Shown in pieces: positions 61,708-64,000 of a stretch of 64,000 bases of DNA. Position numbers and translations under genes: made by a program. Below the pieces are notes generated by a model. That model made no database searches and had not been told where the DNA came from. It saw only the letters and a list, made by a program, of their open reading frames with translations. Position 1 is the first letter of the stretch. Each line of letters opens with the position of its first letter. The stretch is from Acidobacteriota bacterium. Lineage in GTDB: Bacteria > Acidobacteriota > UBA6911. The stretch is taken from the NCBI GenBank assembly GCA_963664705.1, contig OY761556.1, forward strand, positions 4,224,001-4,288,000. The letters are read 5' to 3'.

Positions 61708-63243
61708 CTAGAACTTGTAGATAATGTCGAACTGGAGTCGCTTCAACCATGGGTCGCGGCAGTTGGATACATCGGATCCCGTGCAGGCAGCACGCACACC
61801 AGCCGGAACCAGGTCCGTGTTGTACGGGGGATTGGCCAGTTTCCCGATCCACGCTGTGAACTGACCGGTGACGTTGTTATGGAACATGTATGCAATCTGC
61901 AGTTTGTTCTGCCGAATATTTGTCGACGCCCGCAGATCGCTTTCATTAAATGCGGAGATAACGGCATCCTTCTCAATTCTCGCGAAGGTATAGCCAAACT
62001 GAAGGTCTTTGGCTTCTTTTTGTCGTCCAACCGTCAATTCCGCCCAGTAGCCGCTTCTCTCCTTGGGTCCGCGAACATTGTTGACGAAATCAAAGAGGAT
62101 GGTGGTGGGAAACTTGGGGTGCGTGTCCAGTTCCAGCTTCATGATCGCATCCAGGTACGCGAACTTGGATTCATATCCCACTACGGTGCCGCTGCTGTTA
62201 CGCCGCAATGAATTGGAGTTGTTCAAGCTTCCGACAAGAGTCCCGGCCACGCGTCCCGCTGCCGCAACGCCCAATGGATCTGTCCGGAGGAAGTTGAGAC
62301 CGGCGCCATAGAGAGCCAGCCGCGCCTTTGAGCTAAGCCGCCACTGTGTCTGAACCTGTCCGCCAACAATGAAGCTGTCCGGCCCACCGGAGACCTCGTT
62401 GATTGGCAATTGGAAACCAACAATCGTGATATTCCTGAGCGGCGACGAAGAGGGCTTCACATCAAAGGAGAGGGTCTGGGCAAAGCCCTCGGGGTTTACG
62501 TCGCTGTCAAACGTCATCGGCGTCCGGTACCACGGAAAGGCGAACTTGCCGGCATCCAGCTTCAGGAATTTTGCATATTTGGGCTTATAGGAGATGAAGG
62601 CTTTATCAATACCGATATTCTTCCGGTTGAGAAAACCGGTAAATGTCTGGTTGGTGGAAACGGGATCATCCAGCGTCCCCGTCGCCAGCGAGAACCCGGC
62701 ATTGAATTCGTCGGAAAGCTTTGTCGTTACATTGAAGCGGAGCCGGATGCGCTCACGATTCCGGTCGGGGGCTCCTTCCTGAAAAAAGGGTTCGAAGCGC
62801 ACGCGCGCATCGCCTCCGAAAGAAATGTTGCCAAGCTGCTTCAATTTGGAATCATTCGATTTATTGTAAGCCGTCGAATCGGTTTCAATCTTAGTGATTC
62901 TCTGATTGGCCTGGGCGGCACTGTCGGACACGGCCGCAAGCTCTCCTTTGACAATCTCCAGATCATTGAGTTGAGCGTTCGCATTGCCGGCCGGAGCCGC
63001 TGTGTTTGTGTTGCCCGATGCCTGCTGGGCAAGAATCGCCTGGAGTTTTTCTATCTGCTTCTGCTGATTTTCAATCCGATCCTTCATGGCTTCGAGTTCG
63101 GCCGCCATCGTTGCCGCAGTCATGGCTGCATTCCCGGAATTTCCCGCAGGTCCATCTGCTGCCCGCAATGGAATGGTTCGAACGGAGAAAAGCACCGCCA
63201 GAATGCAGTAGATGAGACCCGAAATTCTGCTACGCTTGCGCAT
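61708..63243 (-). CDS. Putative porin with N-terminal coiled coil (probably phosphate-related)
   Basis: Signal peptide, coiled coil, GDARVRFE..RNRERIRLR..STNQT..FDSDVNPEG, terminal IYKF; directly upstream of pstS. Confidence 0.7.
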   Translation of the reverse strand: MRKRSRISGLIYCILAVLFSVRTIPLRAADGPAGNSGNAAMTAATMAAELEAMKDRIENQQKQIEKLQAILAQQASGNTNTAAPAGNANAQLNDLEIVKGELAAVSDSAAQANQRITKIETDSTAYNKSNDSKLKQLGNISFGGDARVRFEPFFQEGAPDRNRERIRLRFNVTTKLSDEFNAGFSLATGTLDDPVSTNQTFTGFLNRKNIGIDKAFISYKPKYAKFLKLDAGKFAFPWYRTPMTFDSDVNPEGFAQTLSFDVKPSSSPLRNITIVGFQLPINEVSGGPDSFIVGGQVQTQWRLSSKARLALYGAGLNFLRTDPLGVAAAGRVAGTLVGSLNNSNSLRRNSSGTVVGYESKFAYLDAIMKLELDTHPKFPTTILFDFVNNVRGPKERSGYWAELTVGRQKEAKDLQFGYTFARIEKDAVISAFNESDLRASTNIRQNKLQIAYMFHNNVTGQFTAWIGKLANPPYNTDLVPAGVRAACTGSDVSNCRDPWLKRLQFDIIYKF

Positions 63244-63322
63244 CTGATACTCCTTCATAGGTAAGCAAACCAACCAGTTTCGTTTCACCAAACGAGCGGA
63301 ATGGTACATGACGAATATTTGG

Positions 63323-63356
63323 AAGATATGAAACGGGGATTAATATTCTGTTAAGA
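63323..63356 (-). promoter_or_regulatory. Candidate Pho box before the porin-pst operon
   Basis: Minus strand TCTTAAC-agaa-TATTAAT-cccc-GTTTCAT-atctt, 11-bp period. Confidence 0.55.
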
Positions 63357-63443
63357 GTTGGGAGGTGAAGCTGAGGAGCAACCTATGCCAAGGATACAAA
63401 GGAGATACTTCGGTCCGCCAGGCGTTCCCTGGGAGCGCCCGGC

Positions 63444-63486
63444 AAAAAAAATCCCGTAGAGACGGATTAAGCCATCCCTACGGGAT
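63444..63486 (-). terminator. Intrinsic terminator after the TonB receptor gene
   Basis: atcccgtag...ctacgggat with a T8 tail on the minus strand. Confidence 0.75.
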
Positions 63487-63513
63487 CTTGTTAATCTAAG
63501 CTAGTCGAATCCG

Positions 63514-64000
63514 TTAGAAAACGAAACGGACGCCGAACTGAGCCTGAGCGCGCGACTGGAGATCGTATCGCGTGAAAACGCCCTGGAAGGTTGACGAATT
63601 GATGGTCGACAGGTTGTACTTCATTTTGCCGGTCGAATCGAGGCCGCCGTAGCCAAACACATTGGTCGACGGGAAGGACCCGAAGTATTTCCATCCCCAA
63701 TCCCGATTGAGCAGGTTCAGGAAATTAAACACATCGATCGTAGCTTCTGCGTGCATCTTTTCGCCGCAGGGAATGCGGATTCCATAACGAACATCCATCT
63801 GGTTCGTCCATTTGGCGCGTCCGCCATACCGCGGGAAAATCTGGCCGCGATAATCCTTTGCCGCCGTGCTCTCGATGATCGCATTGAACTGATCCCAGGT
63901 TGCAGACTGGCCCGAGGTGGAACTGTAAAGGGCAATCTGGCTCGGATCGGACGGAACAAAGAGCAGATCGTTGTTGGTAACGCCATCGGCATTGACTTCC
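63514..64000 (-). CDS. TonB-dependent (Oar-like) receptor, C-terminal part; continues beyond the window
   Basis: NADGVTNNDLLFVP..DVFNFLNLLNRDWG..QFGVRFVF. Confidence 0.8.
   Translation of the reverse strand, partial: EVNADGVTNNDLLFVPSDPSQIALYSSTSGQSATWDQFNAIIESTAAKDYRGQIFPRYGGRAKWTNQMDVRYGIRIPCGEKMHAEATIDVFNFLNLLNRDWGWKYFGSFPSTNVFGYGGLDSTGKMKYNLSTINSSTFQGVFTRYDLQSRAQAQFGVRFVF

Noticed and set aside
22-63992. Long antisense or alternate-frame ORFs (e.g. 22-594, 6037-7005, 38389-39522, 41237-42400, 62410-63264)
   Set aside because: Shadows of well-supported genes with no recognisable motifs.
1-64000. CRISPR array, tRNA, rRNA, prophage or defence genes
   Set aside because: No regularly spaced repeats with unique spacers, cloverleaf or hallmark proteins were seen by eye; short RNAs could be missed without covariance searches.

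Overview
64-kb bacterial chromosomal window, mostly coding. Oar-type TonB receptors, exported TldD/E and the giant PilX suggest Acidobacteriota (inference). From left to right it holds: a hexuronate-to-gluconate cluster (beta-helix enzyme, uxaE, LarA-family epimerase, gnd); a GH18-deacetylase-GT2 fusion; an ECF/anti-sigma/membrane protein/TonB receptor operon; a FimT-PilV-PilW-PilX minor pilin operon; an XRE-NfeD-flotillin-PspA operon; aroF-tyrA; exported TldD/E; a RAYT-like HUH transposase with terminal inverted repeats; a protein disulfide oxidoreductase; a chorismate mutase-prephenate dehydratase-DAHP synthase fusion; sugar uptake and GH3 genes; a NitT-type ABC pair; and two Pst/PhoU sets with phoB, phoR and a porin. 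Signals not apparent from the ORF track: (1) a Tyr-rich leader peptide ([17 protein letters not shown]) with full attenuator architecture upstream of aroF-tyrA; (2) an in-frame UGA (UxxC) plus SECIS-like hairpin that joins two ORFs into one selenoprotein; (3) complementary motif degeneracy in tandem PstB ATPases; (4) inverted and direct repeats bounding the RAYT; (5) a shared Pho-box-like motif before both pst operons. No rRNA, tRNA or CRISPR array was seen. All calls come from reading motifs; no database searches were run.
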